A stretch of 64,000 nucleotides of DNA from the human T2T-CHM13v2.0 reference genome, Homo sapiens, in the NCBI RefSeq assembly GCF_009914755.1, contig NC_060935.1; one strand, 5' to 3'. A program made the translations under genes and the position numbers. The notes under the pieces were generated by a model that worked only from the letters and a program-made list of their open reading frames with translations, did not search any database and was not told the DNA's origin. Positions 26,156 to 37,402 of this stretch are shown here, one piece after another (within the stretch, counting starts at the first letter, position 1; every line of letters starts with the position of its first letter).

Positions 26156-26710
26156 CTCTGCTGAGGGACACTTGGGTTGTTTCCCTGTCTTGGCTACGGT
26201 GAGCAGTGCTGCAGTGGACATGGGAGGGCAGGCAGCTCTTCTACCCACTGACCTCCTTTCCTGTGGGTTTGTCCCCAGAAGTGGGACCTGCTGGATCATA
26301 TCGAAGCTCTGGTTGTCATTTTCTGAGGAACCTTCAGGCTGTTTTCATCCTGGCTCTACTAATTTACATTCCCACCCTCAGTGAATAAGGGTTCACTCTT
26401 CACATCCTCACCAGCACAGGTTACCTTTTTTGACTTTTTCATAATTGCCATCCTAACAGGTGCGAGGTGATAACTGTTTGCGGCTTTAATTTGCATTTCC
26501 CTGATGATTAGTTGAGGACTTTTTCATATACCTGTTGCCCATTTGTATGTCTTCTTTGGAAAAATGTCTATTCAGGTCCTTTGCCCATTTTTAATCAGGT
26601 TATTACTCTTATTATTTTGCTACTGAGCTGTATGAGTTTCTTATTTATTTAAAATATTAACCCCCTTTCAGATATATGGTTTGAAAATGATGTCTTTTAT
26701 TCCATAGGTT
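26156..26710 (-). mobile_element. L1 (L1MA/MB-type) ORF2 3' segment, inverted 5' half of a twin-primed insertion
   Basis: ggacacttgggttgtttcc...aatttacattcccacc...ttaatttgcatttccctgatgattag...gaaaaatgtctattcaggtcctttgcccattttt. Confidence 0.88.
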
Positions 26711-27280
26711 GGCAGATGAATGGATTAAGAATATGTGATACACACACACACACACACACAGGCACACGTACTAAAATATCTTTCAGCCTTAACAAGAAGA
26801 AAATCTTGCCATTTGCAATGACATAGATAAACCTAGAAGACATTATGTTAAATGAAATAAAGCAAGCACAGAAAATCACATACTACATGATCTCACTTAT
26901 ATGTAGAATCTAGAAAAGTTGGAATCATTGAAATAGAGTAGAATGAAAGCCACAAAGAGCTGGGGGTAGGAGAAACAGGGAGATGATGGTCAAAGGTCAA
27001 AGGACACAAACTTGCAGGTATAAGATGAGTCAGTTCTGGAGACCTAGTGTACAGCATGGGGACTCCAGTTAATAATGTGTTTGACACGTGGAACTTGGAA
27101 AGAGTCGATCTCAAGTATTTTCACTACACACACACACACACACACAAGTACCTGTGAGGTGAAGGATATGTTAATTTGCTTGATTGTGGTAATCATTTCA
27201 CAATGTATGTCTATATAAAACATCATGCTTCACACTTTAAATACGTAGAGTTGTAAATGTCAATTTTACCTCAATGAAAT
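26711..27280 (+). mobile_element. L1 (L1MA/MB-type) 3' end, sense half of the same insertion
   Basis: cagatgaatggattaag...gacattatgttaaatgaaataaag...tgtcaattttacctcaat; (CA)n tracts at 26740 and 27127. Confidence 0.88.
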
Positions 27281-27472
27281 GGCAGGTCCTTTCCTTGACC
27301 TGCCACCTGACCTGCTACAGTTCAGAGGTTTGAGGCAGGGTAGAGTCACCACCAGAGTGGAGATGGAGGCAGTGTTTAAATAACACACAATTATGTTGGG
27401 AAGTCAAAGGGGACACCAGGCTCTCTAAGGAAAAGCTTGGCCTCTTCAGGACATTCTAGGAGGACAGCACAT

Positions 27473-27700
27473 AATCCACACCCCACACCACGCCTTTCCC
27501 TGGGTGATGTCATTCCTGAATCCACACCCCACACCATGCCTTTCCCTGGGTGATGTCATTCCTGAATCCACACCCCACACCATGCCTTTCCCTGGGTGAT
27601 GTCATTCCTGAATCCACACCCCACACCATGCCTTTCCCTGGGTGATGTCATTCCTGAATCCACATCCCACACCATGACTTTCCCTGGGTGATGTCATTCC
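27473..27700. repeat. 46-bp tandem repeat, 5 copies
   Basis: Unit AATCCACACCCCACACCATGCCTTTCCCTGGGTGATGTCATTCCTG. Confidence 0.95.
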
Positions 27701-28835
27701 CGCTGTGGCATCTGGATCATCCACCTGCCAACACTGCCCAGAGCCTCACCTCCAGACCAGACCCACCCTCTTCAGATGGCCCACCCTGTAGACCCTCTCA
27801 AAGAGCTCACAGGCACCCCCAGAGAAGGTGTCCCAAATTCCTCCTTCTCTCACCAGCCTGTTCTCACTGAAGTCTTGGTTATCTTAGTAAATGGCACCAC
27901 TACCCAACCAGTTGCTTGAGTCCATAAATGTGGGACTTGCCATTCACACCACCCGTTGTCTTATCACTCAGTTTAAACACATCTCTCAGCCTTGACCATT
28001 TCACTTTCAAAGTATACCTTGAATCTCTCCTTACCTCTTTGTGTTTATGGCCACCATCTGACTCTAAGCCACAGACACCTCTCATCCAGATGTGGCTACA
28101 GCCAGTGTCAGCCTGCCAGATACACACCCTGCTCACTTTCCTGCTTCCCTCCAGTCTATTCCACTTGCACACACATATACACTCACACACACTCATTCAC
28201 ATGCACACTACCACACACACACACACACAGCACTGCATACACTCATACTCACTTCCATACCCATGACCACACACTCACACACTCATGCACATACAGTCAC
28301 ATACAAACATGTGATCTTTAAGAACGTATGTTATATAACATTGTTTCTGCTTACGCTTCATCAGTAGCACCCTGTGGCATTTTGTATTTAATTCAAACTT
28401 CTTCACTTGTTCCAGAAGCTCCTGAGAGCCATGGCCCCTGCCGGCCTCCCAGGTTCCCCTGATACCACACCCTGCACTGCCCAGTCCCTCCACACTGACC
28501 CCCTTTAGCTGCTCAAAGTCTTCCTCTGCCGTGTAGTTTCCACACAGGCCTTCCCCTGCTGGGGTGCTCTCCCTGCCAGTCCTGGCCTGGCTACTCCTCC
28601 CGTAGACCCCCTGATGGAAGGAGGCTCCTTGGACCCAGGCACTGCTTCTGTGCTGGTCTCCATGGGGCCTCAGTAGTGGACAGTGTGTCCATTGTCCACT
28701 GAGTGAGTGAGCGTTCACTTGCTTACAGTGTGTGTCCTACACACTGTGCTCCATGAGGGAAGGGACTGATTTGCTCATCACTGAAATGCCCGACTTTCTG
28801 GTATTCCACACATGCTCAGTAATACCTGACTGAAC
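27680..28835 (+). mobile_element. Degenerate L2 3' region, interrupted by a CA-rich tract (28170-28310)
   Basis: tcttagtaaatggcaccactacccaaccagttgct...; ends ctccatgagggaagggact...tgctcagtaatacctgactgaac. Confidence 0.65.
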
Positions 28836-31800
28836 AACTCAATACCATCTCCACTATAGAGACACCCACAGAGTGCGGCAGAGGCAGCCATGGGCCAATG
28901 TTTATGTGATTGAGTTTCTGATGCTATCACAGGCCCTAATTCCCCGTGTGAATTTGGGCAAATTGCTGTACCTCTCTGAGCCCAACTTCCTCACCTGTAT
29001 GTAAGAGGGTTTACATCAGGCATCTTTATGGCCCTGAATTCTGAAAGCATAAGAAGACTTCACTTCCTGGGGTATTTGGGGCTGGCCCGTTATGTTTGCA
29101 GGGAGCCTGGTGGTGTTCCTGTACTTGTCCTCCATTTTTTGGCTTGAAGTGTTGAGAGCGTGTGCGCTTACTTGCTGGAGACCCCATGGTGTGTAAAGCT
29201 GTGGTTGCTGGATTTGGTAACAGCCTCTGCTGGAGCCTGCAGAGCCCCAGAGCAGTGGAACTGGCAACTCCCTGGGATCCTGATCCTCATCAGTTTGGAT
29301 GCTTCTTGTAGCCATGTGACCCATCTGTGTCTCTACTTCCCTCTATGGGACCGAAGACCGCCTGACCGTGGCTCCATGTGGATGTGAAATAGGGTCTGGA
29401 GTGAGCCAAGTGGAGAGTAGTGGGTGCCGCCCCGCCGGCTGCGACACTGGGCTGGAGTCTGTGGTGGGTGGTGGACCCATTGAGCAGGCAGTGTGCACCT
29501 GATCTCATGCCAAGGGAATCCACGCGGTGCTTTCCTTGTTTTCTGATGAAAATCATTGGGTACAGTGAGAGAGCTGAGCCACCTGTGTGCCAGGTGCCAG
29601 AGATCAGTGGCCTCACCATAAACTTGGCCAGGGCAGAAGATGGCTGAAGGTCAAAGTAGCTGCAAGAGGTGTTGTTATCAAGCATGAAGATAAATCGCTT
29701 GATATCAGCTTAAAAATGACAAGAATAAAGCTCCTCCTTTACGCTGCCTGAGACCCTGTTTGCTGACAGTGATGGGTGTGAGCTAAAGCTCACTTGCTCT
29801 TGCCCCTTCAGATACAACCAGCTACTGTCCTGCAGAGATGGGCATCTGCCAACCTGCAGAGTCCAGTGTTTTGATAGAACAACTCTCTCGATATTCTTCT
29901 CTAACCCCCTCTTACCCTTCGAGCATTTCAAACACTGTCCTGGACTCTTCTCCCTCACCTCCAGCACAGAGGCACAGAGTGGAGAAGAAACACAGCACCA
30001 GGACCCTCTTTCCTATCTGTTTAGAGAGAAGAGGGTGGAGAGGGTATGGGCGGGAAAGTAAATAGAGACTAAGGGTAGGAGGAGAGAGGGGCAGGATGGG
30101 AGGGAGACAGGGCATGAGGGAGAAAGAGAAGTCATTGATGGGCAGAGGGTGAAGGGAGAAGAGGAGAGAGAAAATGAGGGGTGGAGGGAAGCTTGCCATG
30201 GAGGGCACAGAATGCATTTCCCCCTCAGAACACTGGCTTGAAGCAGAGAAAATGAATTTTAGTGATATTCAAGGTTGAAACACGCACCAGCAGTAGACAC
30301 ACTTAGAAATGGCTTAATAAATGCATTAACAATCTACAAAGACACAGAAAGGTCCAAGAATTCTAAATCCTCTCTCCCCTCTAGGTCTCAGCAGACCAAA
30401 GCAAGTTATTTTCTGATGAAAGGATTTCATCGGACCTTGATGCTCACTTGGATTTTTAAGTGGAAAAAGGTCACTGTGTCTCTGTGCAGTTGCATCATGC
30501 AATTCTAATGAGAGAGGCTTCTCAGTCACTCCAAATGTGACCGCGTGTGCAGATCCTCATGTTCTCAGACACCAGCCCCTTCTCCCAGACTGGCTTGCTC
30601 CAAACTGCAATCCTCTGAGGCCCATGATCAGTGTCCTGGTCTGAGGCACATGGAGTGTGTCACCCAGAATTTTTGGAATGGAAATGCACTGATCCTCACA
30701 AGAGGCAATCACCATTACACCAAGGGAGCTTCTATGGCTTTCTGTTTGATCGCAGTTCTACTCCAGGAGGCTGCCACTCTGTTATGCCCAGGATAGGTTC
30801 ATGAAGTGGATTCCTGAAATGCTGCGATTCACAGAGGGTTTCCTCTCGCGTGTGACTGAATTTATCAACATGTTTAATAAAGCTACGTGATCTCCCGCAG
30901 GCGTTGGCTGCATAGCATCGCGTGTCCACCAGAGCTGCCTCCCTCCCTGAGTCAACGCATCCCTGAAGATACACAGCTTATGTCAGCAGCACAGACCTGC
31001 ATCCCCCATGGTGACTCAATTTACATTCCATACCCTTGCCCCTGCATGGGGGTCTTCTTGGAAACTCTGAGACAAGTTGGCTGTGTTAGGAGTCCCCTGA
31101 TCTCAATCTTGCCCAGCCCTATGTGAACTTAGGTCTCTGGAGACTAAGAAGCCCCATGGGCAGAGGAGGAGGAGCAGCAAAGGCCCCAAGCATGAAGTGA
31201 TTTGGGGGGAGGAGAGAGGAGTTTCCAGAGAGGGTGAGCACCCCATCCCCACTGCGGCACTGTCCCTCTGCCAATGCACACGATACAGCGGGAGTCCTTC
31301 CTCCCGCCTGGCTGTGCAGAGTGGCCCTGGGACCTCTAGGTGGGCAGAGAGCGGGAGGTGCAGCAGATGGAGACGGGCTCCTTATACTCTCTCCTCACTG
31401 CTGGGGAGGATAGAAGCAGGAGCCACGTGGCTTCAGAGCCTCCTGTTCCTCCCCTTCCCCAAATTCCTATCAACAGCTAACCAAATCCCTGCAAACACCC
31501 GCTCTCCAAGCACCTGCTAAGAACCAGGGGTCCTTGGCAGAGGACTCCCCTCGCAGTGGGTGCTCAGAGCCCACTGATCTTGCCCCTCCGCTGGCCCGGC
31601 TATGGGAACTGGCAGGTGGCAGCGGAGCTGGAACTTAGGAAGGGCAGGATGTCAGCTTGGAGCCATGCCGGCTGTCACCAGAGGCCGCCCCTCCCACAGC
31701 TAAGCCTTCCCGGGTGTTGTGTCATGAGCACACACAGTCCGGAGTCTCCGACACCACTTTGTTTCCCCTGCTCTATCCATGGGGCCACCTCTCACTTTCC

Positions 31801-33369
31801 CAAAAGAGAGGGCAGGGTGTCAAGCCGTCTCACAGATGGCAGAGCAGATGCCTGACCATACTCTCGAGCAGCTTCAGAGAAGTATTTATGCCCTGAAGTG
31901 GTTTCTTCAGGTGACCAGATGAAGGTGAGTTGCTGGACACCACCTACCCCAAGGCCCCTGTCCTCAGGGAGCTCAGGTCCGTGCCCCTCAGAGGTTCATG
32001 CCCCTCAGAGCCAGCCAGCTCCCCCTTCCACCTAACCCTGACCAGCAGGAGACCTGTGGAAGTCAGGGGTCGGCCGTGCCCCCTTTCCTCAACCTTCCTG
32101 CCTCTCAGCCTTCCCAGGCTGCAGAATTTCACCCCTCAGAGGCTTCCAGAGTCTGCCCACTCCTGTGAGGAACCACCGTCCTCCATAAATGAAATGCAGC
32201 CCTTTCCCTGGGGAAGCATGGGGGGCTTACTGAACCCGCTTCTGTGAGGCTGGGCTTGACTAGTGGGCAAAGCTGAGTGTGGCTGGGCCTGGCTGCTCCA
32301 GCGGGGCGGTCCCTGCTGCTCCCCGACCCAGAAGGTGGCCTGTGGCCAGAACGTGGTCTTAGAGCTCAGCCCTGACCAGCTTGTGAACTCAGCCCCGGTC
32401 GACCCAGGAGGAAGCACAGGTCTCTTGTCTCACTGAGTCTCATCCCCTCAGCCACAGACCTTCCTCCCCATCTCCTCCACCCGCAGAGGTAACCGAGGGC
32501 TGGGATGGGGCTAGGAGGCCTCGTATAACTGTGGGAACTGTGGCTGCAGGGTGTCAGAGAGAGAACGCGGAATTCCAGTCTAGTGTGGAAGTGAGGTGAG
32601 AGATGCAGATTGCGGTTTTAAAATCTATATAAAATTACCAACTTGAATATTTCCTTATGACTCCTGGAATTCTACTTCTCGGCCCCTAAGTGTGGACATC
32701 TGATGCAGTTCTGGAATGTAGAAGGGTTTTATAAAGGTTTCAGGAAATGTTCTTCTTTCCCTATTACAAGAAACAATTGACGTTTCTGCTCCTATATGCT
32801 TTTCTTTCTGCTTTAAAAGCAGATAAAATTTTCAGCTACAGCTTCAAGCTAGTGAATAAAGCTGTGGAAATCTGGTTTCAATACATAGAATTCTACCTCT
32901 GCGATGACTGCCTGGCGGTGGCTGTTACGTGATTCCGGGGACGTAAGGCCTGTGAGAGTGAGGTCAGGGCTCTGCTGCACTGGGAAGCGTGGGGGCCGGC
33001 AGGTCATGATGATGTTGGAAAAACTTCATCTAGATCACTTTCAGGATATCATGCGATACTCAGTGTGGTAGGAAGAGATCAGTACAATGCTTCTACTTGT
33101 ACAGCATAACCTAGGTATGCAGAGGGCAAAAGACAGAAACCTGTGATCAAGTCAGCACTAGAGCCTAGGATCTATTAACTCCCTATGTACTGTGGTTTTC
33201 CTGGAGAAAGAAATTAGTAAATGATAAAATTGCAGCAGTCAGATATAAAATACAGAGTTGTCTATGAGTGAATAGACATTTAAGAAACAGCATGCATAGC
33301 TTCACAGATAATCCGGTGACGTAGATTGAAAGTTTGTTTCCTTCCAAGATTCCAATGTGAAAATCCCAA

Positions 33370-33825
33370 CCTGGGAAGGAATGAACAAACGCTGCTGAAC
33401 CCAGGAGGCCCAGCAAGTGGGCAGTGCGCTCCAGTGGGCCTGGAAGGCAGAGCATTGAGCCAAAGGAAATCGGGTTCAACGCTCTTCATTCCAGGGAGTT
33501 TGCCTTGTGGTTTGGACTTGCCTGAGATCCATCACTCCTTTCTTCTTTCCTATTTCTGTCTCGGGAGAAATGTCTGTCCTATGCTTGCAGCACTACTCTA
33601 CTCTGGAAGCACATAACATTTAGTTTCACAGATTCCTGCCTAGAGAGAAATTTGTTTCAAGATGACTTTTACCTTGAGTCTTAGCCATATCTAATTTAGA
33701 GGATATTTATATAAGACTTCCGATTTGAGATTTAGAGTTGACACTGATGGGGTTGAGATTTTGGGGCTACTGGGATGTAATTAGTGTATTTTGCATGTTA
33801 GAAGCACTCTAGGCCCGGAGCTGAA
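33370..33825 (+). mobile_element. MaLR internal sequence (MLT1-int-like) abutting a 3' LTR
   Basis: ggcagagcattgagccaaagg...ttttggggctactgggatg...gtgtattttgcatgt, followed directly by an LTR. Confidence 0.65.
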
Positions 33826-34179
33826 TGCTGCAGCCTGATGGTTTATGTCTCTTCAAGATGCGTATGTTGAACTCCTAACACCTAAGGTGATGGTATTAGA
33901 AGGTGGGGCCTTTGGGAGGTGATTAGATCATAAAGGTGAGGCCTTCATGAATGGGATCAGTGCCCTCCTAGAAGAGACCCCACAGAGCTCTCTCACCTTC
34001 CATATGGGGACACAGTGACAAGACGACTGCCTATAAACCAGGAAGTAAGCCGTCACCAGACACTGAATTCTCAGCACCTGGATTTTGGACTTCTGGTCTT
34101 CATAACTGAGAAATGCATTTCTGTTGTTTGTAAGACAGTCTATGGTATTCTGGTATGGAAGCCTGAATGGACTAACACA
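33826..34179 (+). mobile_element. MLT1A-type LTR
   Basis: tatgttgaactcctaacacctaaggtgatggtattagaaggtggggcctttgggaggtgattag...gcctgaatggactaacaca. Confidence 0.88.
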
Positions 34180-34967
34180 TTCAATAACTCAAAGTGATGT
34201 TTTAAGAACAGAAGATCTTGCCAACTGAAGGCACAGGCTTCCTCCCTCCTTACCTTCCTCTCACCCACATGGCTTCCCACCCCATCCCTTCACCACTTTT
34301 GTCACACCAACGCCACCTTCCCCTTTACCTCTCCCCCAGCATCAAGCCAACACTGCTGATTGCTGCTGACCTTCTGCTAATGCTAAATTTAAAATCAACT
34401 TTTTATTTAGAAAGTTTAAAACTTAAATTATAGACTTGGACCTAGGTGGAAGAGAGAAAGAAAAAAAGATTTCTAGACCCTGAGACAAACTCATACATCT
34501 GTCCATAAATCTGCTCATTTCATTTTATGGAAACAAAGAAATATGCTTAGTGGGTAGATTTAAATACTCAGACACTTAAAGTATAAGATAGCATGGCAAC
34601 AACTAGTGGTGAGAAGAGTAGGGAGAGGTCCTGATTCTGCATTCCCCAAGAGCCTGATCTGATTACAATCTTTTGTTGAAATTACTCAATTGTTATTTTT
34701 AAGTATTTGATTTTCCCAGCTTTTTGTAAAAATTAAATAGACAGACAGACATACATACACTGTGAAGCTAAAGGCTAAGATTCAGCTGATTTTCCAAAGC
34801 TAATCATGAGAGTGGATGTTGTTTATGGAAGCTGAACAATATGACTTTCATCACCAGGCAGTGGCCCCTGGGCAAAGACTCCAGGGTCTCTGGATAAGAA
34901 GAAACTGATAGGGAAAAATGGCAGAAATGCTGCAATAAACAACCCTAATGAAGAAGAAATGTAAATC

Positions 34968-36660
34968 CATATATAACCAAGAATGGTTATTTCAGCTTCC
35001 TTCTCCTCCTTCTCCTTCTCCTCCTGCTCCTCCTCCTCCTAAGGATTTTTTTTGTCCCTTTATCAATGCATCATTTTTCAACTCTGTCACTTCCGCATAA
35101 CACAGCCACCCTTTGCTGTTCTCAACTTTTCCTTTTTGTATTTGTTTGACACTAACTTTTCCCACAGTCTGTAGATTTCTTTTTGTCCTTTTCTAATAGT
35201 TCATGTTTTAGAAATTCAGAACAAACAATTTCTGAATGCTCCTCAGAACACCCATCTCAGGCAGAGAATCTCACCGAAATAGAGAAGAAGCTCATGCTCC
35301 TGGAAGAAACAGCCTGAGGAGAGCCGCTGGGCCACATCTGGCCACTGTCCACAGCGCTGTCAGATCCAACGAGAGCCGCTGAGTCACATCTGGCCACCGT
35401 CCGCAGCACTCACATCTGGCCACCGTCCGCTGCGCTCACATCTGGCCACCGTCCGCAGCGCTCACATCTGGCCACCGTCCGCAGCGCTCACATCTGGTCA
35501 CCATCCACAGAGCTCACATCTGGCCACCGTCCGCTGCGCTCACATCTGGTCACCATCCACAGCGCTCACATCTGGCCACCGTCCGCTGCGCTCACATCTG
35601 GCCACCATCCGCAGCGCTCACATCTGGCCACCGTCCACAGAGCTCACATCTGGCCACCGTCCGCAGCACTCACATCTGGCCACCGTCCGCTGCGCTCACA
35701 TCTGGCCACCGTCCGCAGCGCTCACATCTGGCCACCGTCCGCTGCACTCACATCTGGCCACCGTCCGCAGAGCTCACATCTGGCCACCGTCCGCAGAGCT
35801 CACATCTGGCCACCGTCCGCAGCGCTCACATCTGGCCACCGTCCACTGCGCTCACATCTGGCCACCGTCCGCAGCGCTCACATCTGGCCACCGTCCGCTG
35901 CGCTCACATCTGGTCACCGTCCGCAGCGCTCACATCTGGCCACCGTCCGCAGCGCTCACATCTGGCCACCGTCCGCAGCGCTCACATCTGGCCACCGTCC
36001 GCAGAGCTCACATCTGGCCACCGTCCGCAGCGCTCACATCTGGCCACCGTCCGCTGCGCTCACATCTGGTCACCGTCCGCAGCGCTCACATCTGGCCACC
36101 GTCCGCAGTGCTCACATCTGGCCACCGTCCGCTGCGCTCACATCTGGTCACCGTCCGCAGCGCTCACATCTGGTCACCGTCCGCTGCGCTCACATCTGGC
36201 CACTGTCCACAGAGCTCACATCTGGCCACCGTCCCCAGCGCTGTCAGATGCCGACCAAACCCTGCTTTGGTGTTGAGGTGGTTTGTCTAGTAGCCTCCTT
36301 TCTTAAGGGAATTTAATCTGCTGCAAATGGTTCTCATGTATGCAATAGATGTTACTGTAACTGTTTTATAAGGTGCATTGCCTTCACCTTGCCAGGCTCT
36401 ATGCCAGTCTGTGTCTAGTCTGATACCATTCCTGCACACATACATCAATGCCCCAGCATTTGGAGGGCTGGAGTTAGGAATAATCCTGTTGGTGACTTAT
36501 TATTAACTATTGTATGGGACTTATTATGTATCTTCATGTTCTACTGTTCCCACCTCCCAAACCCCAAAAAAGGATGAGATCTGTTTTATAACAAAAACAT
36601 TTACGATAAGGCCTATACCATAAAATAAGTAATAAAGTTAATACCAACAAAAAGAGAAGA
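34968..36660 (+). pseudogene. Possible retrocopied mRNA 3'UTR fragment, parent not identified
   Basis: Non-TE, UTR-like sequence ending in AATAAA (36631-36636) followed ~12 nt later by an A-rich run; loosely similar flanks aagaagaaatgtaaat / gagaagaagtatgaat could be a decayed TSD. Confidence 0.35.
35385..36242. repeat. 26-bp CpG-rich minisatellite, 33 copies, unit CACATCTGGCCACCGTCCGCAGCGCT
   Basis: Read directly; 858 bp / 26 = 33. Confidence 0.98.
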
Positions 36661-36870
36661 AGTATGAATTACTGCTGTGGTTAGGGTTGACATTATTCCT
36701 ACGATTGAGCTTCGAAGACTTTTCTAAGCAGTAATAAACATGAACCAAGCGTCACACAGTTCCATTCATGGTCCTGACCTGAGAGAGCGCTTTCCTAGAT
36801 GGACACCCACTCCCTCTCCCAACTGCCCAACTCATCAGTAAATGGAGTTTGATTTAAGCCAAACCTAATG

Positions 36871-37402
36871 CAGTAGTTCCCTGTACTTGAGGTTTTTCCT
36901 TCTGGGATTTCAGTTACCTGTGGTCAACGAGATCCAAAAATATTAAATAGAAAATTCTAGAGATAAACAATTTACAAGTTCTAAACTGCACGCCTTTCTG
37001 GTAGCATGATAAAATCTCATGCTGTCCTGCTCTGTCCCTCATGGAATATGAATCATTCCTTGTCCAGCATATCTACTCTTCATAGCAGCAGTCTAGGTTA
37101 TCAGATTGACAGCTCCAAGAAGAAAAGTGAGTTAAGTACAATAATATATTTGTGAAGAAAGACCATATTTATATAAGGTTTGTTACAAAACACTATCATA
37201 ATTGTTCTATTTTATTATTAGTTGTTATGGTTAATCTGTTACTGTACCTAATTTATAAATTAAAATTTATCATAGGTATGTATATATAAGAAAAAACAAA
37301 CAAACAAACAAAAAATATATATATAGGATTTGGTACTATCCACAATTTCAGCTATTCACTGGGGTCTAGGAAGATATTTTTCATGGATAAGAAGGGGGCT
37401 GG
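36871..37402 (+). mobile_element. MER44-like (Tigger7 family) DNA transposon
   Basis: cagtagttccc...tttcagttacctgtggtcaac...aaatattaaatagaaaattctag...ggataagaagggggct. Confidence 0.8.
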
